Shown piece by piece: positions 13,044 through 24,970 of a DNA stretch of 64,000 bases. The notes under the pieces are model-generated. The model saw only the letters and a program-made list of their open reading frames with translations. It did not search any database and had not been told where the DNA came from. Numbering within the stretch: the first letter of the stretch is position 1; each line of letters starts with the position of its first letter. Both the position numbers and the translations under genes were made by a program. Source of the stretch: Octopus sinensis (Eukaryota); contig NC_043026.1 in the NCBI RefSeq assembly GCF_006345805.1, positions 5,518,001-5,582,000 of the forward strand, read 5' to 3'.

Positions 13044-13272
13044 GTTTGTGTGTTTGTGTGTCTGTGTTTGTCCCCCCAGCATTGCTTGACAACCGATGCT
13101 GGTGTGTTTACGTCCCCGTCACTTAGCGGTTCGGCAAAAAGAGACCGATAGAATAAGTACTGGGCTTACAAAAGAATAAGTCCCCGAGGGTCGATTTGCT
13201 CGACTAAAGGCGGTGCTCCAGCATGGCCGCAGTCAAATGACTGAAACAAGTAAAAGAGTAAAGAGTAAGAAG
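12839..13272 (+). mobile_element. SINE family A, full length (head - internal (TA)n/(TG)n - 3' half)
   Basis: Same bipartite structure at 47402-47800 and 61098-61500; ends gaaacaagtaaaagagtaaaagag. Confidence 0.9.
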
Positions 13273-13564
13273 AGAGTAACTAAACTTATAGGAATTGAAA
13301 TTATATCAGGATTTATAATTATCTCACACACATACACACACACATAAATACATCTTTTAATTTTTACCTGCTTCAGTCATTAGACTAATATATATATATA
13401 TATAGGTGCAGGTGTGGCCGTGTGGTTAGAATCTTTCTTCCAGACCACATGGTTCCATGTTCAGTCCCACTGTGTGGCACCTTGGGCAAGTATGTTCTGC
13501 TATAGCCTCAGGCCAGCCAAAGCCTTGACAATCGACTTGGTAGACAGAAACTGAAAGAAGCCTG

Positions 13565-13596
<32 letters not shown>

Positions 13597-13614
13597 CAGG
13601 CTTCTTTATGTATG

Positions 13615-13671
<57 letters not shown>

Positions 13672-14034
13672 GTATGTATATATATATATATACATGTATA
13701 TATATAAATATATATATATATATTTATATATACATGTATGTATGTATGTATGTATATATATATATGTATGTATGTGGGAGGCCGATTTGCTGGTGTAAAG
13801 GTAACACACTTAGTCACGTTAACAAATGGATGTGGGTTCAACTCCCACACAAATAGGAAAGCCTTCTTTTTTCTGCCGAGGGCTTATATGCCCCTTTATT
13901 TAGACTAATTTCCTGAGTCATTGCACGGTGATCGCCATAAGCTTTAAGCTTATATAAAAATACCATTTCTATTATTTACAGGATTGTAAAATACGGCGCC
14001 ATAATAAAAAACCATTCACACTGAAAGTATATAT

Positions 14035-14092
<58 letters not shown>

Positions 14093-14180
14093 TATTAGGG
14101 AGTATATCTCCAAACTTACAGGGAAAAATTCAATTTAGTATTAAATCAAATTTCACAATTTGTCCTGTACTTTTCAACAT

Positions 14181-14768
14181 GGAAAAGTACAGGACAAGTT
14201 ATTATACCTGTAAAAGTATAGGACAAGCTATTACTTCAAGTAAAGTAAAGAATAAGAAACTTTTTGCTTAAAATATTGCAGCAAAGAATGCCAGTTCTTC
14301 TAATTATCACTCTTTACAGTTCTCATCTTTTAAATTTATTGTACAAAACTGTTCAGCTAATTTGTAAGTTTGTCTAATTAGTCACTTTTTTCTGTATTTA
14401 AGGTAGTAAATTATCCAAATTCTACTTAAATAAGTATTGTGTTATTTGTAAACTATAATAAAATAAATCTTAATATTCAAATTTTAATTTTAGCTGCAAT
14501 ATTTTAAGTAAAAAGTTTCTTATTCTTTACCTTTCTTGAAGTAATAGCTTGTCCTAAACTTTTACAGGTGTAATAGCTTGTCCTAAACTTTTACAGGTGT
14601 AATAGCTTGTCCTAAACTTTTACAGGTGTAATAGCTTGTCCTAAACTTTTACAGGTGTAATAGCTTGTCCTAAACTTTTACAGGTGTAATAGCTTGTCCT
14701 AAACTTTTACAGGTGTAATAGCGTGTCCTAAACTTTTACAGGTGTAATAACTTGTCCTATACTTTTCC
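14181..14768. mobile_element. Foldback-like element with 29-bp subrepeats (2 in left arm, ~8 in right arm)
   Basis: Tandem gtaatagcttgtcctaaacttttacaggt at 14541-14768; reverse-complement copies at 14181-14240; inverted match continues inward (14240-14285 vs 14495-14540). Confidence 0.8.
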
Positions 14769-15409
14769 AGGTTTATAATCTTAAGAATATTACTTTTCAT
14801 GCTTGCATTTTTCCATGTAATCCATGATTTTACCAGGTATTGCTTTTATAAGATAATTAATAATGTGTCAATTAATAATTTAAGATTTTAATTTATGAAA
14901 TACAGAAAGATAATATTTCAATTTTTCCATGTAAGTTATGATAATATTTCAATTTTTTTCTATGTCTAATTTAAATATATGTTGTGATTGAATTATTTGA
15001 TATTACCCATCCACACCAAATTAATAGCAGGGAATTTTGCCATCTTGTTGCTCACACCATGGCTCACCAAAAGTTACAAACAACAAGACCCCAAAACCAT
15101 CAGTTACCAGGTTCGCCTTAAATAACCTAGATTTTGAGTTGGTGATAATTAGCACTGACTGCTGCTAATATAAATCTATCAATAATTATTTAATTATTTA
15201 ATACATCAGTAATTATAAAAGCATATCAGATATACACAAGTTAAAATTATCTACATCCCATTAATATAAATTTAATTTATGAAAAATCCCTTTTAATTAA
15301 TTTTGAAATTTAAAAAGTAAACTTAGAATATAAGCACTTTTAACCAGTGCCTTTTCTGGACAGCCTTACTACATGCCTTCAGGTCTGCCCTTAGAGAAAC
15401 AGCAGGTGA

Positions 15410-15613
15410 CTGTGTTTGTACCCCTAGCATTGCTTGACAACCGATGCTGGTGTGTTTACGTCCCCGTCACTTAGCGGTTCGGCAAAAAGAGACCGATAGA
15501 ATAAGTACTGGGCTTACAAAGAATAAGTCCCAGGGTCAATTTGCTCGACTAAAAGGTGGTGCTCCAGCATGGCCACAGTCAAATGACTGAAACAAGTAAA
15601 AGAGAGTAAAGAG
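15410..15613 (+). mobile_element. SINE family A, 3' half only
   Basis: Matches 13070-13270. Confidence 0.85.
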
Positions 15614-15850
15614 ATGATGATGATGTATCATTGTTAGAGGCTTATACAATTCATTTTTAGAGTAAAAGTCGTAAATTATGAACCTCGTTAAGTTAGTTTA
15701 GTCTCGATGTATCACTCGCTAATTAGGTAGGTGCTCGACATGACATGACAACTACTTAAAAGGATGGTTGTGGAGGCTACAAAAGACAAAAGATACTAAA
15801 TTTTACCGGGCTACTAACCCCAAGATTCCAAGTTTGATTCAAGGCAGTGA

Positions 15851-15881
<31 letters not shown>

Positions 15882-16177
15882 TAATTCTTTTTATTGGCCA
15901 CAAGGGCTGACACACATGATTAGAAAACATAAAGGGACAAAACAGGACAAAAGGTTACAAAGGGTTTTGTCCATTTGTGAAAAAATCATGTAAAAAAAGT
16001 GTAACAATCAAATAATATAACAACGAAAAACTCCCAATAGGGGGAGGTGTTACGAAAAGGTTCCTGGTGGAAAAACCCATAAAAGCCAATGGGAGCCTAG
16101 TCAAAACGGGGGTAGAGAGCCCCTTTCTCCTTTTATAATACCTTTTTCAATTACAGACGAAACCTGAGAATTGGTCC

Positions 16178-16216
<39 letters not shown>

Positions 16217-16219
<3 letters not shown>

Positions 16220-16590
16220 GACTTGCTAATAGAAATTGAAAAGATGTGGCATCTCAAGGCGACTACAGTACCAGTGATTGTAGGATCTCTAGGAATGATA
16301 AAAAAAAGGTACTGAAACCTATTTGAAAATGATACCAGGCTTACCATCCCTACAGGAAGTGCAAAAAATCGTATTAACTGGAATGGCTCATCTACTGAGA
16401 AGAGCATTATCACTGCGAAAACAACATCAATTCATGGATTTATTTATTTATTAATTTTTTTTAAATACATATTTTACTTGTGAATTTGCATGTGTAATCT
16501 GGGAATGCATACAATGAGCTTCTCTGCCCTAGGTGTACGGAAAACACTCGGCGAGAAACGGAAGAAAATTTGAAGAAAGAAGGAAAAATA
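16217..16590 (+). pseudogene. 5'-truncated R4/Dong-like (restriction-like endonuclease) non-LTR element in (AAT)n
   Basis: Translates KDLLIEIEKMWHLKATTVPVIVGSLGMIKK-(+1 frameshift in A7)-GTETYLKMIPGLPSLQEVQKIVLTGMAHLLRRAL, typical of RLE-clade C-termini; flanked by (AAT)n; 3' UTR repeated at 16678-16810. Confidence 0.75.
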
Positions 16591-16602
16591 ATAATAATGA
16601 TG

Positions 16603-16639
<37 letters not shown>

Positions 16640-17210
16640 CTAAACTAATTTAACATAAAATGATAAATTATAAATTTCCATGTGTAATCTGGGAATGCAT
16701 ACAATGAGCTTCTCTGCCCTAGGTGTACGGAAAACACTCAGCAAGAAACGGAAGAAAATTTGAAGAAAGAAGGAAAAATAATAATAATGATAATAATAAT
16801 AATAATAATAATAATGACTAAACTAATTTAACATAAAATGATAAATTATAAATTTTCCTCTAAAATTAGATTGCATAAGCTTTTAACAGTGAAATGATAA
16901 TAAGAAAATTAATAAAGACAAAAATTGTAAATTTACTTCATAGGTTGCAAGGCATTGACTCTTCCCTGCCTGATGAGATCTCATTTTATCTTAATTACCT
17001 ACATTAGTTTTACCATGTATAATATAATTACTATTATAGGTAAAATTTTGTATCTTTTGTCTTTTGTAGCACCCGCATCAATCCTTTTAAGTGGCTGTCG
17101 TGTCTGGCACCTACCTAATTAGCGAGTGATGTATCAAAACTAAACTAACTTAACGAGGATCGCTATTTATAATTTTACTCTAAAAGTTAATTGTATAAGC
17201 CTCAAACAAT

Positions 17211-17540
17211 CATCATCATCATCATCATTTAATATCTGCTTTCCAAGCTAGCATGGGTTGGACGATTTGACTGAGGTCTGGCGAACCAGACTCCAATCTG
17301 ATCTGGCAGTGTTTCTACAGCTGGATGCCCTTCCTAATGCCAACCACTCCGAGAGTGTAGTGGGTGCTTTTACATGCCACCGGCACGAGGGCCAGTTTGG
17401 TGGTACTGGCAATGGCCACGCTCAAATGGTGCTTTTTACGTGCCACCTGCACAGGAGCCAGTCCAGCGGCACTGGCGACGACCTCGCTCGAATGTTTCAC
17501 GTGCCACCAGCACAAGTGCTAGTAAGGCGACGCAGTAACA
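17211..17540 (-). mobile_element. RTE 3' UTR copy (diverged VNTR)
   Basis: (CAT)n followed by the reverse complement of the conserved RTE end. Confidence 0.8.
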
Positions 17541-17547
17541 ATCACAC

Positions 17548-17730
17548 TTCTATATTTAAGAGATGAGGAATTATTTATATTATTTACATTATTTTCATTT
17601 GACGGATATTTGTCCTCATCTTGTTTGTTGTTAACACGTTTCAGCTGATATACCCTCAAGCCTTCTTCAGGTGTCCTGGGGAAATTTTGAACCTGGGTTC
17701 TCATTCCTAAGGTATTTTTCAATGTTGTTG
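17548..17730 (-). mobile_element. Penelope-like terminal fragment
   Basis: Reverse complement of cctgaagaaggcttgagggtatatcagctgaaacgtg; related copies at 21290-21410, 31085-32010 and 62948-63080. Class assignment by motif recall. Confidence 0.55.
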
Positions 17731-17781
17731 TTGTTGTTATTATTATTATTATTATAACTAAATTCTTTGTTATATTTAAGA

Positions 17782-18084
17782 CTAGCAGTATCGCCCGGCG
17801 TTGCTTGGGTTTCTAAGGGAAATAACTATATAAACATTTTTAGAGAGTTACTTCCCTTATATAAACCGAGCAAAAAATCATTAAAAATGCGGAAAAATGG
17901 TAAATATTTATTTTTAAATCGTAGACTTATCGTAGACGCGCGCTAATACCCAGAAGGGCTCGATATGAATCACGACTATAAGATACCCGGTTTTAGTTAA
18001 ACTGCACCGCAAAATGTGGGAGTAGTTAGGAATCTAAATCGTAGGAGACAGACACTCACACAACTTTAGTGTTATATATAAAGA
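17782..18084 (-). mobile_element. Non-autonomous Helitron (5'-TC ... hairpin ... CTAG-3')
   Basis: Minus strand begins A|TCTTTATATATAAC and ends CCCAAGCAACGCCGGGCGATACTGCTAG|T; sits between A and T with no TSD. Confidence 0.85.
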
Positions 18085-18299
18085 TTAATTAAAAGAAACA
18101 CAGAGCATCCCAAAATAAATACAGTAACGAAAGGGTTAAGATCAGTAAAATCTTTAAACCTTCTCATTGAGTCTTCCTTTAGTGTCTGCAGATGAGAACA
18201 AAAGCAATCTATATCTGTATCTAGCATGAAATTTCTTTAGGGTAGCAAACAAGCAGAATGGTTACCACCCTGGGTAGAATGTTCAGCAGCATGTTACAC

Positions 18300-18932
18300 A
18301 TCATCATCATCATCGTTTAGCATCCGTTTTCCATGCTAGCATGGGTTGGACGGCTCAACTGGGGTCTGTGAAGCCGGAAGGCTTCATCAGGCCCAGTCAG
18401 ATCTGGCAGTGTTTCTACGGCTGGATGCCCTTCCTAACGCCAACCACTCCGTGAGTGTAGTGGGTGCTTTTTACGTGCCACCCGCACAGGTGCCAAACAG
18501 AGCTGGCAAACGGCCACGAACGGATGTTGCTTTTTATGTGCCACCGGCACGGGGGCCAGGCGAGGCTGGCAACAGACACGAACGGACGGTGCTTTTTACA
18601 TGCCACCGGCACGAGGCCAGTCGGGGCGGCGCTGGCAACAGTCACAAACGGATGGTTCTCTTATGCCACTGGCACTGGTAACACATCTGCAATTTCCATT
18701 GATCGATTTCGATTCTGATCCTCACTTGCCTCAACAAGTCTTCACAAGTAGAGTTTTGTGTCTCAAGAAGGGAAGGTATGCATACGTAGGCTGGCTCCAT
18801 CCCATGTAGAAGGCCATGGGTTATGGTCTCACTTGTCCTGCTGGGTCTTCTCGCGCACAGCACACTTCCAGAGGTCTCAGTCTCTTGTCATTTCCTCAGT
18901 GAGACCTAAAGTTCGAAGGTTGTGCCTCACCT
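18300..18932 (-). mobile_element. 5'-truncated RTE LINE including ORF C-terminus and 3' UTR VNTR
   Basis: Minus 18930-18830 reads VRHNLRTLGLTEEMTRD*DLWKCAVREKTQQDK*, linking the VNTR family to an RTE ORF. Confidence 0.85.
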
Positions 18933-19174
18933 TTATATTCTGAGTTCAAATTCTGTCAAAGTCAACTTTGCTTTTCTTCCTTCCAGGGTCGATAAAATAA
19001 GCATCAGCTGAGGACTGGGGTCTATGTAATTGACTTAACTCCTCCCCCAAAATTGCTGGCCTTGTGCCAAAATCTAAACCCGGTGTTAAACTGCTATCAT
19101 GGTTTTCTATTATGTACGGGCTTAGAAACTGTGAAAAAAAAATCTCTCTTTGTTGAATGATAATTTACTGATAA

Positions 19175-19665
19175 AATCAAAACAAATCAAAATAAATGAA
19201 CATCAATGGAATTTGTATCTTTGTGGTACCAGTGCCGGTGGCACACAAGAAAACCATCCGAACGTGGCCGTAGCCAGTACCGCATCGACTGGCCTCCGTG
19301 TTGTGGGCACGTAACAAACACCATCCGATCGTGGCCGTTCGCCAGCCTCGTCTGGCACCTGTGTCGGTGGCACATAAAAACACCATCCGAGCGTGGCCGT
19401 CTGCCAGCCTCGTCTGGCACCTGTGTCGGTGGCACATAAAAACACCATCCGAGCGTGGCTGTTCGCCAGCCTCGTCTGGCACCTGTGTCGGTGGCACATA
19501 AAATCACCCACTACACTCACGGAGTGGTTGGCGTTAGGAAGGGCATCCAGCTGTAGAAACACTGCCAGATCTGACTGGCCTGGTGCAGCCTTCGGGCTTC
19601 CCAGACCCCAGTTGAACCGTCCAACCCATGCTAGCATGGAAAGCGGACGTTAAATGATGATGATG
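19175..19665 (+). mobile_element. RTE 3' UTR copy with ~4 VNTR units
   Basis: Same end and (GAT)n tail. Confidence 0.85.
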
Positions 19666-19962
19666 AAATGCATTTATAATTAACTTTGCTTAAATTAAAT
19701 TCATATTATTTCCTTGCAACTAAACGTTAATCTTATTTAATTTAGTGAAAATATCAGAAAGATTATGCAACGTCAATTCTTCGGTTGCTTAATTTATTAC
19801 ATGTCCTCGTCATCTGAATTAAGAAATTCTAAAATGGTATCAGAGAGATTATAAAAATGCTTTAAACAATTTCCAATGGAGAGCCGTCATATCTCAGTAT
19901 GAAGTGACAGATACTTAAATTTTTCTCTTTTTTCACGGCAAAGCTTCCGAAAGATATGGAAT

Positions 19963-20338
19963 GGAAGCACTCCGTCGGTTACGACGACGAGGGTTCCGGT
20001 TGATCCGAATCAACGGAACAGCCTGCTCATGAAATTAACGTGTAAGTGGCTGAGCACTCCACAGACACGTGTACCCTTAACGTAGTTCTCGGGGATATTC
20101 AGCGTGACACAGAGAGTGACAAGGCCGGCCCTTTTGAAAATACAAGGTACAACAGAAACAGGAAGTAAGAGTGAGAGAAAGTTGTGGTGAAAGAGTACAG
20201 CAGGGATCACCACCATCCCCTGCCGGAGGAGCCTCGTGGAGCTTTAGGTGTTTTCGCTCAATAAACACTCACAACGCCTGGTCTGGGAATCGAAACCGCG
20301 AGTCCGCTGCCCTAAACACTGGGCCATTGCGCCTCCAC
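19963..20338 (-). mobile_element. SINE family C, tail type 2
   Basis: Head revcomp at 20280-20338; tail atggaagcactccgtcggttacgacgacgagggttccgg. Confidence 0.88.
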
Positions 20339-20391
20339 CCCGAAAAATATAATCATTTAGTGAATGAGTCTTAATTTTAATTAGTTTTAAT

Positions 20392-21225
20392 TATTGTGTT
20401 GTCCGGAAAATACGTGCCGATTTATAGTAGCTTACCTTTTGACTTATTTTAGAACATGGTTGAGTCCATAAAATAGGATTTGACTACACCTCCATTTAGA
20501 GCACAGTTTAAGCTAGCTCTGCTTTTCTCTCAAGATATTGGGTTGTCTGGAAAGTTTGTGCCGATTTATAGTAGCTTACCTTTTGACTTATTTTAGAACA
20601 TGGTTGAGTCCATAAAATAGGATTTGACTACACCTCCACTTAGAGCACAGTTTAAGCTAGCTCTGCTTTTCTCTCAAGATATTGGGTTGTCTGGAAAGTT
20701 TGTGCCGATTTATAGTAGCTTACCTTTCGACTTATTTTAGAACATGGTTGAGTCCATAAAATAGGATTTGACTACACCTCCATTTAGAGCACAGTTTAAG
20801 CTAGCTCTGCTTTTCTCTCAAGATATTGGGTTGTCTGGAAAGTTTGTGCCGATTTATAGTAGCTTACCATTTGACTTATTTTAGAACATGGTTGGGTCCA
20901 TAAAATAGGATTTGACTACACCTCCATTTAGAGTCACAGTTTAAGCTATCTTTTCGTGGAAGAAGGTTTATGTTCCTATAACCTGTGTTAATTCTGTAAC
21001 CCTTTAAAATGGAAGATAAGAAAGTTCATTTTCGGCACTTGATGCTTTGGGAACCAGACAAAAGGGTTACAGAATTAACACAGGTTATAGGAACAAAAAC
21101 CTTCTTCTACGAAAAGATAGCTTAGACAGTGCTCTAAATGGAGGTGTAGTCAAATCCTATTTTATGGACTCAACCATGTTCTAAAATAAGTCGAAAGGTA
21201 AGCTACTATAAATCAGCACAAACAT
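20392..21225. mobile_element. Mariner-like MITE with left arm amplified as 4 x 144-bp tandem
   Basis: Unit starts at 20421, 20565, 20709, 20853; inverted copy at 21121-21223; terminus tattgggttgtctggaaag resembles mariner TIRs; isolated end at 12271-12315. Confidence 0.7.
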
Positions 21226-21659
21226 TTTTTACCATTAAGACTATTCTACAGAGACCTAAATAAGTGGAAATCAGAAGGAGCAATATCTGGTGAATATGGA
21301 GGGTGGAAGGATATCAGCCAAAATGTGTTAGCAACAAAGATGAGGAGAAATATCCATCAAATGTAAACAATGTACATAATTCCTAATCTATTAAATATAG
21401 AACAGTCTAGAGTTGTTTGCTTAGAAGCCTTTTTTGCCCTCTATAAATTTCTCGGTAACACACAGAAGCATTTGTTATGGTAGTAGAAACTTTTGCAATT
21501 TGTTCAAAATTTATATCTACTACAAAAGAAAACTTGTAAAAACCCTGGGGCCTCATAAGGCAGGTCCTTGTAAAGTGAGTTATTACTGTACTGCTGCTGT
21601 CTTCCTCTTCTTCTTCCAATCAGGACTCATGCCATTAGTCACAAAGAAAAATCTCTAAT

Positions 21660-22082
21660 TTGAGCCTACTCTATGCTACTAGAGTGCGTGCGGCAACTTG
21701 AAGATCCACCCACCACACGCGATGGACTGGTGCGAAAGCTACGTTGTTATCCTCATTCCATAAACAGTGGCTTTTAACGGGTGGAGAGCTGAACCATCCT
21801 GGGGTACAGAGGATTTGCAATCTAGACTAGGGTCTGAAAGTTTTACCACACAATAGTGGGTCACACCATGGTTCCTCTGCTTTGTGGTAGAAGTGGGAAG
21901 AAAGACTGAGAGAAAGTTGTGGTGAAAGAGTACAGCGGGGTTCACCACCACCCTCCGCCGGAGCCTCATGGAGCTTAGGTGCTTTTGCTCAATAAACACA
22001 CACAAAGCCCGGTCTGGGAATCGAAACCGCGTTCTTACGACCGCGAGTCCGCTGCCCTAACTACTGGGCCATTGTGCCTCCA
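21660..22082 (-). mobile_element. SINE family C with a different 3' tail (type 4)
   Basis: Head/body at 21900-22082 matches family C; sequence below 21895 matches none of the other tails. Confidence 0.7.
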
Positions 22083-22104
22083 CTGCTGCTGCTAATAACC
22101 ATCT

Positions 22105-22955
22105 TTAACCCTTTAGTGTTTAAACCGGCTATATCCGGCCCAAATATTCTACTCATTTTATGCTCAAACTGGCCAGAGCCAGTATCTCACACCTACCCTG
22201 CAATGTCATTCTAAAAATAAACAATTACATCTTTCAAATTTTGAAGCTACAAGATAATACCAGATTAATTTTTTAAAATGTAAATGAATAAGGATTACTT
22301 CTGACATATTAATTTGAACGCTAAAGGGTTAAAAAGAAAAACAATAAACTTAATATTTCAAGTAAGACACAAAGTCATTGGGTGAAATTGTAGAATTTAT
22401 TGGGAAAACAATCAGCAGAATTGGAATTATAAGGATTTTGAAAACAACGAATAAATTGAAAACATTTTAACATTCCAGCCAAAATCGCCACCGATTCTTA
22501 TAAAATTCACCAATTTGACAGAAAATAAATTAAGATTTCAAAAAAAAAGAAAGAAAGAGTGGGAATAATTTTTTTACATGATTTTTTTGTCTTTTTTTAC
22601 CTCAGGATGTAAAAAATATGACACCATTGGTACAGAAAAAAAAAAAAAAAAAATGTTCAAGATGGTGCTAAATACCACTAGGCATTTTGTCCCCGAAATT
22701 CACTGGAATTTAACCCTTTAGTATTTAAACCGGCCATATCCGGCCAAAATAGTCAAAATATGAGATAATGCATGATTAATTCAAATCAATGGGAATCAAT
22801 AAGCATTATGTTTGATAGAATAATCAGAACACTAAAGGGTTAAGTAATTACACCATCAAGATCTTAAAGATATGAGATAATGCAGGATTAATTCAAATCA
22901 ATGGGAATCAATAAGCATTATGTTTGATGGAATAATCTGAACACTAAAGGGTTAA
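22105..22955. mobile_element. TTAA-flanked MITEs (ttaacccttt...aaagggttaa): 22105-22332 and 22709-22843 with duplicated right end to 22955
   Basis: Terminal inverted repeats beginning TTAA-CCC, piggyBac-like. Confidence 0.75.
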
Positions 22956-23254
22956 TTTACATTACCAACAGTGGAGGAGTAAAGAAGGTAGAAACTGACC
23001 CAGGTAGGAATTGAACACAGAATGTGAAAAGAAATCTACGCAAGGCTGTGTTCTGTTGCTTGAACCCTGGTTGTGAGATGTGCTAAAAATAACAGCTAAA
23101 CAGGCCTTAAATCATGACCCCCCCCACATAACATTAAAAAAAAATTCTTCTTTTGCATAATCATATATATAGAGTACAAAATTCACAAAAATGTTCTGAA
23201 AATTCCTAATTTTAAAAAAGTTACAAAGGGTTATATGCCATACATTAAAGACAA

Positions 23255-24558
23255 CTGGCCCCTGTGCCAGTGGCACGTAAAAAGCACCCACTACACTCAC
23301 AGAGTGGTTGGCGTTAGGAAGGGCATCCAGCTGTAGAAACACTGCCAGGTCAAACTGGAGCCTGGTGCAGCCTCCTGGCTTCCCAGACCCCGGTTGAACT
23401 GTTCAACCCATACTAGCATGACCCGTCCAACCATGCTAGCATGGAAAACGGACATTAAACGATGATGAAGGCGTTAGGAAGGGCACCCAGTGGTAGAAAC
23501 ACTGCCAGATCAGACTGGAGCCTGGTGCAGCCTCCTAGGTTCCCAGACCCCGGTTGAACTGTTCAACCCATACTAGCATGAAAAACGGACGTTAAACAAA
23601 GAAGGCGTTAGGAAGGGCATCCAGCTGTAGAAACACTGCCAGATCAGACTGGAGCCTGGTGCAGCCTCCTAGGTTCCCAGACCCCGGTTGAACTGTTCAA
23701 CCCATACTAGCATGAAAAACGGACGTTAAACAAAGAAGGCGTTAGGAAGGGCATCCAGCTGTAGAAACACTGCCAGATCAGACTGGAGCCAGGTGCAGCC
23801 TCCTGGCTTCCCAGACCCCGGTTGAACCGTCCAACCATGCTAGCATGGAAAACGGACGTTAAACGATGATGAAGGCGTTAGGAAGGGTACTCAGTGGTAG
23901 AAACACTGCCAGATCAGACTGGAGCCTGGTGCAGCCTCCTGGCTTCCCAGACCCCGATTGAACCGTCCAACCATGCTAGCATGGAAAACGGACGTTAAAC
24001 GATGATGAAGGCGTTAGGAAGGGCACCCAGTGGTAGAAACACTGCCAGATCAGACTGGAGCTTGGTGCAGCCTTCTGGCTTCCCAGACCCCGGTCGAACC
24101 GTCCAACCCATGCTAGCATGGAAAACGGATGTTAAACGATGATGAAGGTGTTAGGAAGGGCATCAAGCTGTAGAGACACTGCCAGATCAGACTGGAGCCT
24201 GGTGCAGCCTCCTGGCTTCCCAGACCCCGGTCGAACCGTCCAACCCATGCTAGCATGGAAAACGGACGTTAAACGATGAAGGCGTTAGGAAGGGCATCCA
24301 GCTATAGAAACACTGCCAGATCAGACTGGAGCCTGGTGCAGCCTCCTGGCTTCCCAGACCCCAGTCGAACCTTCCAACCCATGCTAGCATGGAAAATGGA
24401 CATTAAACGATGAAGGCGTTAGGAAGGGCACCCAGCTGTAGAAACACTGCCAGATCAGACTGGAGCCTGGTGCAGCCTCCTGGCTTCCCGGACCCCGGTC
24501 GAACCGTCCAACCCATGCTAGCATGAAAAACGGACGTTAAATGATGATGATGATGATG
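23255..24558 (+). repeat. Tandem array of 9 x ~135-bp RTE 3' ends
   Basis: Units aggcgttaggaagggc...ggacgttaaacgatga start near 23291, 23469, 23603, 23736, 23872, 24009, 24146, 24280, 24414. Confidence 0.92.
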
Positions 24559-24891
24559 AAAACCTTATGTGGACCCTCAAGGGCCATATGGAAAAATTCA
24601 TGATTCTTATGTCTTTATCTACAGTGATGGTTCTCAACCAGAGTCCATAAGGCATATGTGCACATAAGAATATGTAAACGCATAAACAGTCTGTAAACTT
24701 CTGAGGGGATTTGGTAGATGGAAACTGAAAGAAGCAGCGTCTCTCGTTTCCAGCCCTTCTCTGGAAACATGTCTGGCAATAAGGGTTAGGGTTGGTGACG
24801 GAAGGCATGAGGCTGTAGAAGACCTACCTCAGCGAATTCCACCTGACTCATGCGAGTCATGGAAGAATGGATAAATGGAAAAGCCCTGGTC

Positions 24892-24970
24892 TTTATTAGT
24901 GATGAAGACCAGAGCTTTTACCTTAGGTATCTTTAATCGTTAAAACCTGTATCAGAAGACGATTAAAAAA
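24892..24970 (-). promoter_or_regulatory. Candidate CDC20 poly(A) signal AATAAA (24897-24892) with upstream CPE-like TTTTTTAAT (24970-24962)
   Basis: Motifs read directly on the minus strand; would give a 3' UTR of about 1.35 kb. No transcript evidence. Confidence 0.4.

Noticed and set aside
23255-24558. CRISPR-like regular repeat array (also 1711-2390, 29780-30942)
   Set aside because: No unique spacers, eukaryotic context, no cas genes; units are retroelement pieces.
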